Below, one piece after another: positions 29,454 to 40,422 of a DNA stretch of 64,000 bases. Both the position numbers and the translations under genes were made by a program. Below the pieces are notes generated by a model. It was not told the origin of the DNA, made no database searches, and saw only the letters and a list, made by a program, of their open reading frames with translations. This stretch comes from an uncultured delta proteobacterium (GTDB lineage Bacteria; Desulfobacterota; Desulfomonilia; Desulfomonilales; Desulfomonilaceae): the NCBI GenBank assembly GCA_963789265.1, contig CAWBKB010000001.1:1504001-1568000 (forward strand). The letters are read 5' to 3'. Position 1 is the first letter of the stretch; every line of letters starts with the position of its first letter.

Positions 29454-30188
29454 ATGCCACGAGTGGACCTAGACACGATCAGAACCAAGCAAGGAAATCA
29501 ACACGTCTGCACCGTCTGCGGATTCAATATGGTCGGATACTACCCCGAGTATTGCCCGTTTTGTGGTGCTCACCAGCGCAACTTTATCACTTCGGAAGAA
29601 TGCTCAGCCCGGTACAAGGTCCAAGGCACGCGGGTCAACGAGAAGGTCACAAGTCTCCGGTCGGAGCCTTCCTTGGGGTTAGAGCATGCGGCTTACCGCA
29701 TCGAAACGAATGGAAGTGCGTACTGGATCGACTGTCCTTCGTGTTTTGACGCCAGTCTCGACCCGGTTGAAGCCGTGATCTTTACCCATCATCATTTCCT
29801 TGGGGCTTCAAATTTGTACCGAGACCTGTTTCCAGCTCGGGTGGGAATCAACAGGTTGGACTCACTTCATAACATAAGCAAATCCTTCACTTTTGATGAC
29901 CTGTTTACCGGTAACTTCTCGATTGGTCAGATAGAGGCGTTCCACATTGCGGGACACACACCGGGATTCACATTCTACATCTTCGAGGATGCGCTGCTGA
30001 TTTGCGATTACGTTTTTCTCAAGGGAGACGGAGCGGGCCTCAATCCGTTCGGACCTCCCGTGGAAACGAAAGAAGGGTTCAACAAGATGATGGAGCTGAT
30101 ACGGGATAGGGACATAAACGTCGTCTGCGGGTATAACTACATGATCGATTTCGCCTCCTGGAAGCAACGAGCAGATCTGACACCGTAA
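29454..30188 (+). CDS. Rubredoxin-like zinc ribbon fused to an MBL-fold domain
   Basis: CTVCG...CPFCG; FTHHHFLG, GHTPG, ICD motifs; GGAGG RBS. Confidence 0.8.
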   Translation: MPRVDLDTIRTKQGNQHVCTVCGFNMVGYYPEYCPFCGAHQRNFITSEECSARYKVQGTRVNEKVTSLRSEPSLGLEHAAYRIETNGSAYWIDCPSCFDASLDPVEAVIFTHHHFLGASNLYRDLFPARVGINRLDSLHNISKSFTFDDLFTGNFSIGQIEAFHIAGHTPGFTFYIFEDALLICDYVFLKGDGAGLNPFGPPVETKEGFNKMMELIRDRDINVVCGYNYMIDFASWKQRADLTP

Positions 30189-30324
30189 ACCAATCAAGTT
30201 TGCCTACGGGTAATCCGCTGATCTGGGTTTCGGGAATTTTTCTGTCATGAGCTAGATCTTTTGACTAGATGATAAAACAGGTTCATAGGGTTCCTGTAGT
30301 CCCCGGATTTCTTCTGAGAATTTG

Positions 30325-30780
30325 ATGCCTAAAGTCTACCTCGCTTCACCCCTCGGTTTCTCGCGAGAGCAGAAGCCATATCTTGAAAGGATCAAGGCTC
30401 GTCTAGTTGAACTCGGCTATGAAGTTTTCGATCCCTGGGCGCAGCCATTCTCCAAAGCGATCCGTGAGGCATCTGGAATTGCAGATCACGATGAGCGACT
30501 CGCAGCCAACACTCGTCTCGCCAGAGATATTGGAGCCGCCAATGAAAACGGTATTAGTGAATCGGATATACTCTTGGCAGTGCTTGACGGCACAGAGGTT
30601 GATTCGGGATGCGCCGCTGAGGTAGGGTTCGCAGCAGGTATTGCTAAACCGGTTTTCGGACTAAGGACGGACTGGCGTGACTCAGGCGAGTTCGGACTTC
30701 CCTTGAATCTTCAAGTGCTTCACTTCATAGAAAAAAGTGGGGGAAGGCTTTTTCGGACCATCGAAGAGATTGAATTCTGA
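30325..30780 (+). CDS. Nucleoside 2-deoxyribosyltransferase-family protein
   Basis: VYLASPLGF, FDPW, LDG.EVDSG.AAEVGFA, RTD.R. Confidence 0.88.
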   Translation: MPKVYLASPLGFSREQKPYLERIKARLVELGYEVFDPWAQPFSKAIREASGIADHDERLAANTRLARDIGAANENGISESDILLAVLDGTEVDSGCAAEVGFAAGIAKPVFGLRTDWRDSGEFGLPLNLQVLHFIEKSGGRLFRTIEEIEF

Positions 30781-30859
30781 CTCGGGTCGAGAATTTCTTT
30801 CCCACATTGAGCCTACTGAGTCGCTTGAGACATCTCATGCGACAACTGTCAAGACTCGG

Positions 30860-31681
30860 TTAAGGAAGGATTGCAAAGACGCGGGCGGGAAAACCAAACC
30901 CCCGTTTGGGCTTCGCAAAACTTACGATAACCATAGCGCCATATTCCGGTACTTGATCCAGATTGGCGAGGAGTTCTATTTGGTACTTGTCCTGGGAAAG
31001 AATGTACGCTTCCAGAGAATAGTCGTCTTTGCTGGTGGAAATTCCCGGATCAGTATCCGTTGTTTCATGACCGGAAGCCGTTATGCCTCTCGTCTCGTAC
31101 AAATAGGTCAGGACCTCTTTGCTCCAGCCGGGATAATGAGCAATTCCGTTTGCGTCGGAGTTGCGCATCCTCTCCGGACTAGGCCATCGTTTTGACCAAT
31201 CCGTCCTCATAGCCACGAATGATTTTGCAGAAATTATTCCGTACTTCGATTCCCACGCTTGGACATCATCCATGTGGATTTGATAATCGGGATTGAGTTC
31301 AACCTTCCTGCTGACATCTATTACAACAAGGGGCAGTACCATTTCATTGACCGGGATTTGGTCAAGGAATCGTTTTCCCTTCGCGAAGTGCGCTGGCGGG
31401 TCTACGTGAGTGCCCCATTGACCAGGAATCTTATATTGATGAGCAAGGAATCCAAACCCCTTCGTGCCTATTCCTTCGTCATAGTAATAGATTGTCGTAC
31501 GTTCCTCGTTATCGAATCCGGGCCAATGGGGTATTCCAGGTCCGAACGCGTGCGTTAAATCAACAAACTGCTTGGATTGCAACAATCTCACAGTATCGTA
31601 GAGGCTGCGAGATTCCTCGGCAAAGGAAAGGCTGGGAACAAACACTATCAGGACAACAATCAAAAACCATCTGAGTCTCAT
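30860..31681 (-). CDS. Secreted cyclase-family (kynurenine formamidase-like) protein
   Basis: Signal peptide; VDLTH, GTHVDPPAHF, RTDWS, PARVFA. Confidence 0.9.
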   Translation of the reverse strand: MRLRWFLIVVLIVFVPSLSFAEESRSLYDTVRLLQSKQFVDLTHAFGPGIPHWPGFDNEERTTIYYYDEGIGTKGFGFLAHQYKIPGQWGTHVDPPAHFAKGKRFLDQIPVNEMVLPLVVIDVSRKVELNPDYQIHMDDVQAWESKYGIISAKSFVAMRTDWSKRWPSPERMRNSDANGIAHYPGWSKEVLTYLYETRGITASGHETTDTDPGISTSKDDYSLEAYILSQDKYQIELLANLDQVPEYGAMVIVSFAKPKRGFGFPARVFAILP

Positions 31682-31897
31682 GATATCAGGTCTCCCTCAA
31701 AACAATGCCTATGGCTGTGAAATGACTTTGGCTCTATTATAAGGATTTCTTGCACACGTCAATTCCATCGGAGTCGGTGTACCCTTATAGGGGCTGCGTC
31801 CTCTTCTTTACTAAAGAGGTCTTTAGCAGACTCCCTCGCTATCAAAAAGGAGCGGCTTATTCCTTAATGGCAAAACTTTTGCGCCTGGAATCGAAGA

Positions 31898-32333
31898 GAC
31901 CTAACCTGGTCCCGATCAGGAACTCCTCAAAAACCAACCACACCGCATGCTCCCCTCGGTATCCACCGCATTCCGGTAACACCCGTGAGCCCCGTCTTCC
32001 TCCACACCATGCCCCGTAGGTCCTCAGGGACCCAGTGCGGCACCCAAGAGACTTAGCAAGTCTTTGTCCCTCTTAGGTGTTGCGACCTAAATGCAGGAGC
32101 GATTCTTCCGTTTACCAAAACCGGTAAGGTCGTTAAGGGTTAAGTCCCGGCTTTTGTTTCCCAGGTGTTTCGTAGCCAGCCTTGTCAATCGTTCGCTGCC
32201 GGACCTAACCGTGTCCAAATGTCCAGCACTGAAGTACCGCGCTAAAAACCGACCATACTGAAAACAACTTAGGTGTGTCTTTAAGTATAGACACCCTCAT
32301 CCGGCTTCTTAGGTCAAAAAAACGGACTTAACC
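31898..32333. repeat. Array of GAC(C/T)TAA(CC) boxes in both orientations
   Basis: Copies at 31898, 32050, 32084, 32138 (rc), 32201, 32309 (rc), 32324. Confidence 0.5.
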
Positions 32334-32420
32334 CCAAATTGGAATTGACGACAGTGAGGTTAATGGCATACTCTTAATTGCTAAATGAATACCGTTTATC
32401 GTTTTTCTAAGGAGCCCGAT

Positions 32421-33326
32421 ATGGCCGCACCGGAAAAGTCTCCACTCTTCTCAAGACTCCAAGAACTCCGCTCTCAGGAAGGCAAGGGCTGGGAAGAGAT
32501 TGCCCATATCCTGGAAGAGGAGGGGTACGCAGAAAAGGGAAAGGCTCTGACCGCCAACACGCTCAGGAAACGTTATACGAGGTGGGGCAAGATTGAGACA
32601 TCAGACAAGCCGCCCGTCGCATCGGAGCCGGAATCAAAGCAGGAACACGAGAGATCTGATTTCGAGCGGTTGCAGAAGAACAGGATGGATTCTCCACTCA
32701 AAGGATTCGGGAGAGGCGGATCAGCCCCTGGTGGTTCCGTTGAGGACGCCATTGCCGGTCTCATAACCCTGAATAATCAACTGCTGGAACAAGTTCGGGA
32801 ATCGAACAGCCTGATGCAGCGGTTGGAGAAACGATTAGAAGAGCAGGAATCTAAAACAAGCCATACCCAACATACCGACGAACAGCCCATCACCTCAAGA
32901 GATTTGCTTGAATTGCTAAGGGAACTGGGCGCAGGGAGATTACAAATGATGCACATCGAAGAAGAAAGAAAGGATTACCCCTCCCGGGAGGAAGTCCTCC
33001 ACTTGCTGGAAGAGAAGGTGGAGGAAAAAGTGGATACCGAACTCAAAGTCATGCTCTCCGAGGAGGGAAGTTTTTCCAGGGAGCTTACCCACCTGATTGA
33101 CCAGAGACTGAAAAGTCTTTTTTCAGGTGGTGAACCCGTCGTTCAGACTCCACACGCCGGTCCCGGTCGCGGGTGGAAAGGGAAAACTCACAAGAAGTTC
33201 TCCGCCAGCCTGGAAGAAAGCTTATTTAATAGGGTGAAGAGTTTACCAGGGCAGTTTTCGGGGCATCTCTCCAATGCCTTGGAAGCCTACTTAGCGGTCA
33301 TGGGTAAAGGGGTAGACCAAGAGTGA
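32421..33326 (+). CDS. Putative DNA-binding protein: N-terminal HTH-like, coiled coil, C-terminal RHH-like
   Basis: AAGGAG RBS; GWEEIAHILEEEGY..LTANTLRKRY; KKFSASLEESLFNRVK...SGHLSNALEAYL. Confidence 0.65.
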   Translation: MAAPEKSPLFSRLQELRSQEGKGWEEIAHILEEEGYAEKGKALTANTLRKRYTRWGKIETSDKPPVASEPESKQEHERSDFERLQKNRMDSPLKGFGRGGSAPGGSVEDAIAGLITLNNQLLEQVRESNSLMQRLEKRLEEQESKTSHTQHTDEQPITSRDLLELLRELGAGRLQMMHIEEERKDYPSREEVLHLLEEKVEEKVDTELKVMLSEEGSFSRELTHLIDQRLKSLFSGGEPVVQTPHAGPGRGWKGKTHKKFSASLEESLFNRVKSLPGQFSGHLSNALEAYLAVMGKGVDQE

Positions 33327-33728
33327 TACGGGTCCTGCCCCCAGAGGAGATCAGCCATGCCAATGTTCCGATAGAGGGGTTCTAGGAGCATTCCTGGCAT
33401 CGCTGATCGTCCATATTAACTACTTGCAGTTTGAACAGGACTTCACAGGTTTTCCACCAGCCTTCAGGCAATCGGATTTTTTTAATTCTCTGCAAAAGCT
33501 TCCTCTGAAACAGCATGCTTTCCGGTTTTTCATTTCAACACCTCCACCGAACCGTACTACATCCTACTCATAATTTAGTCAGACAACCTGGTCAGTCAAT
33601 CCTCATTGGACGGTGTTAAGGCGGCGAACTAGTATGAATGAGTGCTTCTTAAAAATAGTGGCGCGCATCCTCTGCAAGTGGGAAGCTGATTCAAGATCGA
33701 TTTGACATGGTATGGTTGTTGAGGTAAC

Positions 33729-34737
33729 TTGGGAATACCGTTTTCTGTGGGAGGTGTTCTTTGGATACCACGACGACCGCGCTGCCAAGACCTGGTTCCG
33801 GCATCCTCACCCGCCACCTTCAATAGTGTCGATACAGACGAACTCCTCGCCGCCTTTCTTTCCGACAAATCTCCCAAAACCATAGAGGCGTACAAAAAGA
33901 GACCTGGAAGACTTCAGACAGTTCCTGGGAGCCGATGACAGGGATCAAGCCGCTCGTATCTTTCTTTCGGGAGGACTCCACAAAGCGAATCACACAGCTC
34001 TGAAATACAAGAATCACCTTGCAGACGACAAGAAGCTCCAACCCACAACGGTAAACCGAAAACTTGCGGCCCTGCGCAGCCTCACGGATATGGCGTACAC
34101 CCTCGGCATGATTAACTGGAAGGTGCGCGTTAAGAATCAAAAGGTCTTTGCTGCCGCTCGTGACACAAGAGGACCTGGAAAGTCCGGCGTACAAAAACTT
34201 CAGGAAGAGGTCTCTAAGCGAACGGATCCCAAGGGATTGAGGGATAAGGCTGTCCTCCATCTTCTTTACGATCTCGCTCTCCGCCGATCTGAGGTCGTCG
34301 GTCTTGACCTTGAAGATGTTGACCTTGAGAGAGGAACACTGCGAATCCTTGGTAAAGGGCGGCTCCAGAAGGAAACCCTGTCCCTCCCAACAAGGACAAG
34401 GAAGATTCTCTCGGAGTGGATGGCAGTCCGAGGAAATTGTGAAGGGGCGTTGTTTATAAACTTTCATCATAATCCGAAGATTCAAGGCAGCCGTCTCTCA
34501 GCCACAAGCCTGTACAGGATTATCCGTGACCTGGGAACACAAACGGGACAGAAGGTGCGTCCTCATGGGCTGCGTCACACAGCCATCAGCGAAGCTGTGC
34601 GGAAGGTGCAGGCAGTCGGAATGGACGTGACGAAAGTCCTCCAATTTTCAAGGCACAAGGATTTGAAGACGCTTCAGGTTTATATTGACTCTGTGGAGGA
34701 TGTTCAGGGTAAGATAGCGGAGTTGGTCGCTGGATAG
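33729..34737 (+). CDS. XerC-like tyrosine recombinase; apparent +1 frameshift in the A-run at 33894-33898
   Basis: SPKTIEAYK joins RDLEDF after removing one A; catalytic LRRSE, GKG, HGLRH, SRH, VY intact; start uncertain. Confidence 0.85.
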
Positions 34738-34768
34738 AAATTTGAATGAGCAGGGGAGGAAACACTAA

Positions 34769-35818
34769 ATGGCAGCCATTGATCAATTATTGAAATGGGC
34801 TAAAACTTCCGAACGCATGCACCAGATTATTCTGGCTCGCCTATTAAGAAGGACTGATCTACTGAGCTACGTCGGAATTACCGGTAAGCCGACCGATCTT
34901 GAAATCGAAACCCAACATCGACTTTACGATTTTACCATCACTCTCGATACCGGGCAGCGAGTTCATGCTGAACTCAAGGTCAACAGCAATTTGGGTGAGG
35001 ACCAGATCCAGCGGCAAGTCGCCGCTCTAAAAATGACTGCGCCAGAAGATATTCTCGCATACTTTCTCGTCGGAACGGCTCAATTCGTTTGGAATATTCA
35101 CAAATTAACTAACATCGCCACAGCAAACAACCCTAATCTGAAAAGCAGTTCCCTCATGATGGTGGATTCACCCATGATGCAAGCAGCATTGCACAAGATC
35201 CTTGGGCAGCCACTTTATAGCAACGATGACCGTGACTTGACAGTCGTTTATTTGAGCCATCTCCAAAAGATGGACCGGTCTTATGAGAAATATAAATCAC
35301 GCCCCTTGTTCCCCCGTTGGGACGGCGACCAGTGGTTCGGTTTCTATAATGCCTTAAATAAACAACCAGGTATATTTGCTCCCGGCAACAACATGTTTTA
35401 CGTTCCAAATCCGAGGGGTGGTTTCTTTGGATTCGCGTGGCACAGGATCGACCTACCGCAAAAAGGAGTTTCAGCATATCTACAGCTTGAAGAAAGCAAA
35501 TTGTGCCTGAAAGTATATGTGGAAAACCCTCAATTTCGCGGACAGTTCAGGGACAGGCTCTCAGGCATTGTTCTAGAAGCGTGGCAAGAGTTAAGAAACA
35601 GTGGGGGGATCACCATACAGATCCAAAGACCTTCAAGATTTGGGAGCGGCGAATACATGACGGTTGCTGAGATGCCTGGCGATTACCGTTGCAATGCAAG
35701 CGGACGAGACCCTCTGCGTCTCGACTTGGATTATGCTGTTGCTGCCTTGACCCAAGCACAAAATGTATTGGATGGAGCCGTTCGCCTCTGGACACAATCC
35801 AACATAGTGTTGGTATAG
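34769..35818 (+). CDS. PD-(D/E)XK nuclease-family protein
   Basis: SERMHQ, YDFTI...HAELKV...DQIQR; YVPNPRGGF. Confidence 0.7.
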   Translation: MAAIDQLLKWAKTSERMHQIILARLLRRTDLLSYVGITGKPTDLEIETQHRLYDFTITLDTGQRVHAELKVNSNLGEDQIQRQVAALKMTAPEDILAYFLVGTAQFVWNIHKLTNIATANNPNLKSSSLMMVDSPMMQAALHKILGQPLYSNDDRDLTVVYLSHLQKMDRSYEKYKSRPLFPRWDGDQWFGFYNALNKQPGIFAPGNNMFYVPNPRGGFFGFAWHRIDLPQKGVSAYLQLEESKLCLKVYVENPQFRGQFRDRLSGIVLEAWQELRNSGGITIQIQRPSRFGSGEYMTVAEMPGDYRCNASGRDPLRLDLDYAVAALTQAQNVLDGAVRLWTQSNIVLV

Positions 35819-36191
35819 TGACTTGATCGACACTTTATATGAACCAGGGTGGGAATCAGATTTACGTACCTTAACTCCCCTTCTGGTACGTAAAAACCCA
35901 TTATCAAACGCGGCTTTTTTGAGTCCGTATCCGATATTATCAAGAGCAGAAATCCGGGGGAAGCGTTCCCTCTCGAACCACTTGACCGAGTTCCTTCTCT
36001 TTCCAATGACCGTACCATCATGAGCGGCTTCCAAGCCTTTTCAGACGTGGAATATCCGTGACCGCCAGCCCTAACCGAGAGTATAATAGGTTAAAGAAAT
36101 TTGCCGTAGAAATGGTGGGAGCGTCTCGAATCGTTGCCATATCCCTGTTCGGTCGAACAGACAGACTCAAAGGTCCGGGGAGGCGAGCAAG

Positions 36192-37022
36192 ATGAGAACT
36201 GAAGAAGTCAAGCAGGTGGTCAAGGGCCGTTATGGTAAGTTCGCTGAAACAGGAGGGAACAAAGAGTCCTGTTGAGCCAGCAAACAAAAGCCCGGTTCGG
36301 GCTATGCAGTGGATCAGGGATTCTATGGAGAGGCAGAACTCTCCTCAATACCGGAACTGGCCCGCAACTTGTCCAGGGGATGCGGCAACCCAACCGGTTT
36401 CGCAAACCTTCAACCTGGGGAGACCGTTGTAGATTTTGGCTGCGGAGGCGGGATAGACGTTATCTTGGCTGCTCACAAGGTGGGTTCACAGGGGAAAGTG
36501 GTAGGGATAGATTTTGCCGAACAAATGATCGAGCAAGCGAAGCAGGCGGTTTCCAAGGCGGGATCACAAGACAGGAACATTGAACTTTACGTCGCGGATA
36601 TGGAGAAGACACAGATTCCAGAAAGTCTTGCTGATGTTGTCATTTCCAACTGCGTCATCAACCTATGCCCTGACAAGGACGCTGTGTACAAGGAAGCATT
36701 TCGTATCTTGACCCCCGGTGGTCGGATCGCCATCTCCGATATTGTTCTTACCCAAGATATTGATCCGAATCTTAGAGAGCGTTTTCAGTCAACCTGGGCG
36801 GGATGTTTGGGAGGGGCAATTCCTGAAGAGGACTACCTCCAGATGGTGAGCGAGGCGGGGTTCCACGATGTCCATATTGTCGTTGACCATACCCTTACCG
36901 CGGAAGAACTGGGGGCAATGGCTCGTTGTCCAGGAGAGGAATTCACGCCTGCCCCCGCGAAAGAGGATCTCTCAGTGGTGCAGGGGAAAGTGAAGAGCAT
37001 CAAGTTCACAGCCTTTAAGTGA
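36192..37022 (+). CDS. arsM: Arsenite S-adenosylmethionine methyltransferase with N-terminal Cys-Sec (in-frame TGA 36273-36275)
   Basis: GGAGG RBS; MRTEEVKQVVKGRYGKFA...ESC-TGA in frame with GCGNP, VDFGCGGGID, ISNCVINL, GCLGGA. Confidence 0.85.
36289..36303 (+). promoter_or_regulatory. Candidate bacterial SECIS hairpin
   Basis: AGCCCG-gtt-CGGGCT beginning 14 nt after the UGA, G in the loop. Confidence 0.6.
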
Positions 37023-37070
37023 CCCATGTAGAACAACACAATCGAGTTTTGCTCCGACCTGGAGACGTTC

Positions 37071-37367
37071 ATGGAATTCTACGAGGAGCCTCACCACTAC
37101 GAAAAAACCATTATCTCAGACCTACAAGGGGCTTGGGAGAATTTACGGGCAACGGTAGCCGACAATCATCCATTCCCGGAATCCGAAAGGCTCCTGTTCC
37201 ATATAGATGAAGGGATGAGCTGGGAAAGTGTCCGCAACCTGTCCCGGATGAGAAAGGCTCTGCTCCTGATTCAAAATATCGCGAGCATGAATCAGATGCC
37301 GGAGGAAGTGACCGAGGGGATAGAGGAGGTGCTGGGCATCTTGAGTCAGATACCGGAGCAACGATGA
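37071..37367 (+). CDS. hypothetical protein
   Basis: GGAG RBS, 98 aa, helical. Confidence 0.65.
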   Translation: MEFYEEPHHYEKTIISDLQGAWENLRATVADNHPFPESERLLFHIDEGMSWESVRNLSRMRKALLLIQNIASMNQMPEEVTEGIEEVLGILSQIPEQR

Positions 37368-37558
37368 CTATCAAGGCAAGCGTAGCATTCTTCTTCTCCC
37401 ACGAGGGAGACCTGATCCAGGTCGCGGACAGTCACATCGCCAGGATTATCCGTCATCCTGAGAGATTTGGGTTGACGAAAGAAGAAATTCAAAGCATCTA
37501 TGAGATGCACGGAGAGAGGATCGGAGTTGGAGGCGATCTCGACAGGAACCCATCTTAA
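37364..37558 (+). pseudogene. hypothetical protein, probably 3'-truncated
   Basis: ATGA overlap with the previous gene; HIARIIRHPERFGLTKEEI then an abrupt end. Confidence 0.4.
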
Positions 37559-37663
37559 TGGTCATCAGCCGGTGGTGGAGAGCGGATTACTGTTGTTAAG
37601 TATCTGGCTATTGACTCTACTCAGCGTAGAGACAGCGTCCTATGAGGAAAAGAGGTAACCAAC

Positions 37664-37825
37664 ATGAAGGTGAACTTGATCAAGAACATAGGGTTTATCC
37701 TGCTTGCGATTTGGCTCATCGTTGGGGGCATATTGCAACTGGTCGGTGGTGCGAGTCTATCAATCGGCACTCTGCTGTCGATACTTGGTATCGTCGCTGG
37801 TGTCTTCATCTTGCTTGGTCTATAG
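37664..37825 (+). CDS. Small two-TM membrane protein (53 aa)
   Basis: GAGGT RBS; MKVNLIKNIGFILLAIWLIVGGILQLV...LGIVAGVFILLGL; not in the ORF track. Confidence 0.75.
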   Translation: MKVNLIKNIGFILLAIWLIVGGILQLVGGASLSIGTLLSILGIVAGVFILLGL

Positions 37826-37977
37826 CGGTCTAGGGGTACGAGTCCTGGGACGGGGAGCATTTCGATACGCCAAGAACACAACTAATCCGCTGAGTAGGGT
37901 CAATAGTCAACTCTATAATTATCAACCGTGAAAAACCCCCGATTCTTCCTGGGACACTTAGGGGTACGGAGACCCGA

Positions 37978-38394
37978 ATGACTGATATGTCCGAGCCTGA
38001 AGTCGGTATTTTCTTCATTGTCGGAGACGAGTTGTTTAGAAAGTCCACCCCTCTCTGCGATGCTGAACTTTCCGACGACTCCCGGATTCATCTTGGCAGC
38101 CATAGAGCCTTCTGGGAAGAAATACGACGAGAAAAAGCGGTTCTGTCAGGTGTTCCTTATGATTTTTATCCGAGGGGTAGGGTGTTGTTCAGCGCGAACG
38201 ATGAGCGGTTCTGGGTTTACGTTGACCGGCCCACCCGTAAAGACCACGTAATGATTGTGAACATATTGAGTGAGTTCCATCTCCCGCAAGACAAGACTAA
38301 GATCCGTTGCGATCCTCAGTATAAGTGCCGTGCTTGCAATCCACACAACGTCGCTGACGCCATTGGCCTAGACATAGATGATTACCTGCCATAG
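37978..38394 (+). CDS. hypothetical protein (GIF...H...W...PRGRV...Y.C..C family)
   Basis: Paralog at 40018..40380. Confidence 0.7.
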   Translation: MTDMSEPEVGIFFIVGDELFRKSTPLCDAELSDDSRIHLGSHRAFWEEIRREKAVLSGVPYDFYPRGRVLFSANDERFWVYVDRPTRKDHVMIVNILSEFHLPQDKTKIRCDPQYKCRACNPHNVADAIGLDIDDYLP

Positions 38395-38636
38395 AGGTGT
38401 CAGGGGACTCTACCTATATCCCACGGCCTGACAAAAATCTCCTGTGAGCCGATTACCGTCCTATTGGCGTACTACACCCCGTCCAAAATGCCCCACACAG
38501 CGCCTAGTTGGAACTTTTCGGTGATGTCCCTGCCAATGTTCATGAATTATTGTTTTTAAGTGAGGGGCTTAAACATTGCTCGATTCTTCTTGACTGTCCA
38601 AAGCGATATATGTAGAATGATAGATGTGGAGGTTTT

Positions 38637-39044
38637 ATGCCCGCTCTGTCACCCAAGAATTGCGTTGCTCCTGAGGTTTCGGCTTGGAGTATCAACCCCC
38701 AAAGAACACCTCAACCAAGAGTAACGATTGCTCTCGCAGAGCCACGGAAGAGACATACTCCAAAGCGCGAACTTGTTACCATAACGGTTACAAAGGAAGA
38801 TTATGCAAGACTCAAGGCTGTTGGAGGACCGCATCCGAGTTACATTGATATGGCCTTGCGTCATTATTTGCGTGTAATAAAGGAAACAGGGTCGTACCCA
38901 CAAGTAAACGACGCTGGATGGCGCAGGGGTCCTGTAATGACTTTTCTGTGCGCCATACCGAATCATCTCTCCGATGAAATCCGGCATCTCACCGGTCGCT
39001 TTGACAGCCACACAATTGAAGCCGTGCGCTTATACCTGCTTTGA
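38637..39044 (+). CDS. Putative tandem RHH-like protein
   Basis: GGAGGT RBS; two units VTITVTKEDYARLK..G..SYIDMALRHYL / MTFLCAIPNHLSDEIR..G..SHTIEAVRLYL. Confidence 0.6.
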   Translation: MPALSPKNCVAPEVSAWSINPQRTPQPRVTIALAEPRKRHTPKRELVTITVTKEDYARLKAVGGPHPSYIDMALRHYLRVIKETGSYPQVNDAGWRRGPVMTFLCAIPNHLSDEIRHLTGRFDSHTIEAVRLYLL

Positions 39045-39525
39045 CACCTCGTTTCCTAAAAGCCATTTCGGGGACCTTCCGTTGCAAAGTTAACCAGCCG
39101 CTCCTGTTCTCATAACGGTATTAGCCCCGTCAGATCATAGGTGGTTGAACTAAAAAAGACGGGCCGCCCCATGAAACGTACGTGACGTTGTTACGAACAT
39201 GAAGTGGCCCTATTCCAATTCACCGAAGACTGGATGTACGCAAGAAAGGTAACAAGAATTTGGGGTCAAAGCAATTTGAAAATAGAACAACGACTCTTGT
39301 CCCTGGTACGAAGGACTTCTCACCATTCTTCATTAAAAAAGACTCCTGTGCGTTGCTTGGCACTCTCTGCACAAAGTGCAGCAGCACGCCTAAATCGCCC
39401 CACAGAACATCTCCGTCCCGCCTGACCAATTCTCCGTGGCTTTCTATATTGCTCATTGGTCGGCTCCCGTGATATAGTGCCAATCAGTCCATCCCCGCAC
39501 GCAACCCAATCATGAGACATAAGAC

Positions 39526-39936
39526 ATGGTTAAATCTGCCAAGGTCGCGAGGAAGTCCCTATCCAAATCTCGTAAACCGCAAATTCCAGAGGACGTAAAA
39601 TCTGAACTCTCCCTCAAGGCGCAAAAACTGGTCGAGCAGCACTTGAAGCCTGCGCATGTGGAACTGCCAGAAAACCCGCAGTGCAATTATATCTCTGACA
39701 TCTACACCAGATGGCATCGGGAGGAACTCTATTTCTGCGCCACGTATGTAGCTCCTTTTCCTGACGCTGTTTCCCCAACCTCTGAAGTCCGCTTTGCGAG
39801 AATGGGCTATTTAGGTAATGGAAAGTTTAGCCTGGCTTACAAGGGGCAGACCGGCAGGTGGTGCCAAATGTACCCGTGCCTGTCAATTCAAAAATGCCTC
39901 GAAGTCGTCCGGGACGAGCCTCATTTTATTCCCTGA
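39526..39936 (+). CDS. hypothetical protein (DUF3024-like)
   Basis: YTRWH...FARM.Y.G...FSLAY...TGRW. Confidence 0.6.
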   Translation: MVKSAKVARKSLSKSRKPQIPEDVKSELSLKAQKLVEQHLKPAHVELPENPQCNYISDIYTRWHREELYFCATYVAPFPDAVSPTSEVRFARMGYLGNGKFSLAYKGQTGRWCQMYPCLSIQKCLEVVRDEPHFIP

Positions 39937-40017
39937 CCCGATTAGAAAACTAGACCCAGGTTCATCCCTTCTGACAGATATTTGTGGCTCCTCATAGCAA
40001 TAAAGGGGAATCCAAAC

Positions 40018-40380
40018 TTGTCGAAGAACTGCATCGGAATCTTCTACTTGATCAACGGACGTATCGTCTCCGAAAAAGCCCCCGTATCTTCGATTTAAAC
40101 CTCCGGTGCTGTCCGAGCCTACCCTCGCCAGCACTACGACCTGTGGACCGACCTTCAAAAGAAGGACCCCGATCTTTACGATTTGGACGGCTATTCTCTA
40201 CCCCGTGGGAGAGTCTGCTATAATGAGAAAAAGAAGAAATTCGAGGTCGTTGCTGATCGCCATATCCTGGATAAAGATGAGGCCATTGCTCGTATCATTC
40301 AGGACTTTCGTGTTGAGAAGTCTGAAGTCGTCTTCAAAGAAGACGAGAATTATCGCTGCTCCATCTGCGAAAATGGCTAG
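40018..40380 (+). pseudogene. Paralog of 37978..38394 with an in-frame TAA at 40096-40098
   Basis: MSKNCIGIFYLINGRIV...*...HYDLW...LPRGRVCY...YRCSIC in one frame. Confidence 0.75.
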
Positions 40381-40422
40381 AGTAACGCTGACAGCTTAAT
40401 CTTCCGAGTCCTTCGCCATATT

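Noticed and set aside
33891..33900. Programmed -1 frameshift at AAAAAG in the recombinase
   Set aside because: The shift needed is +1 and the motif is C-AAA-AAG, not A-AAA-AAG; an indel is the better explanation.
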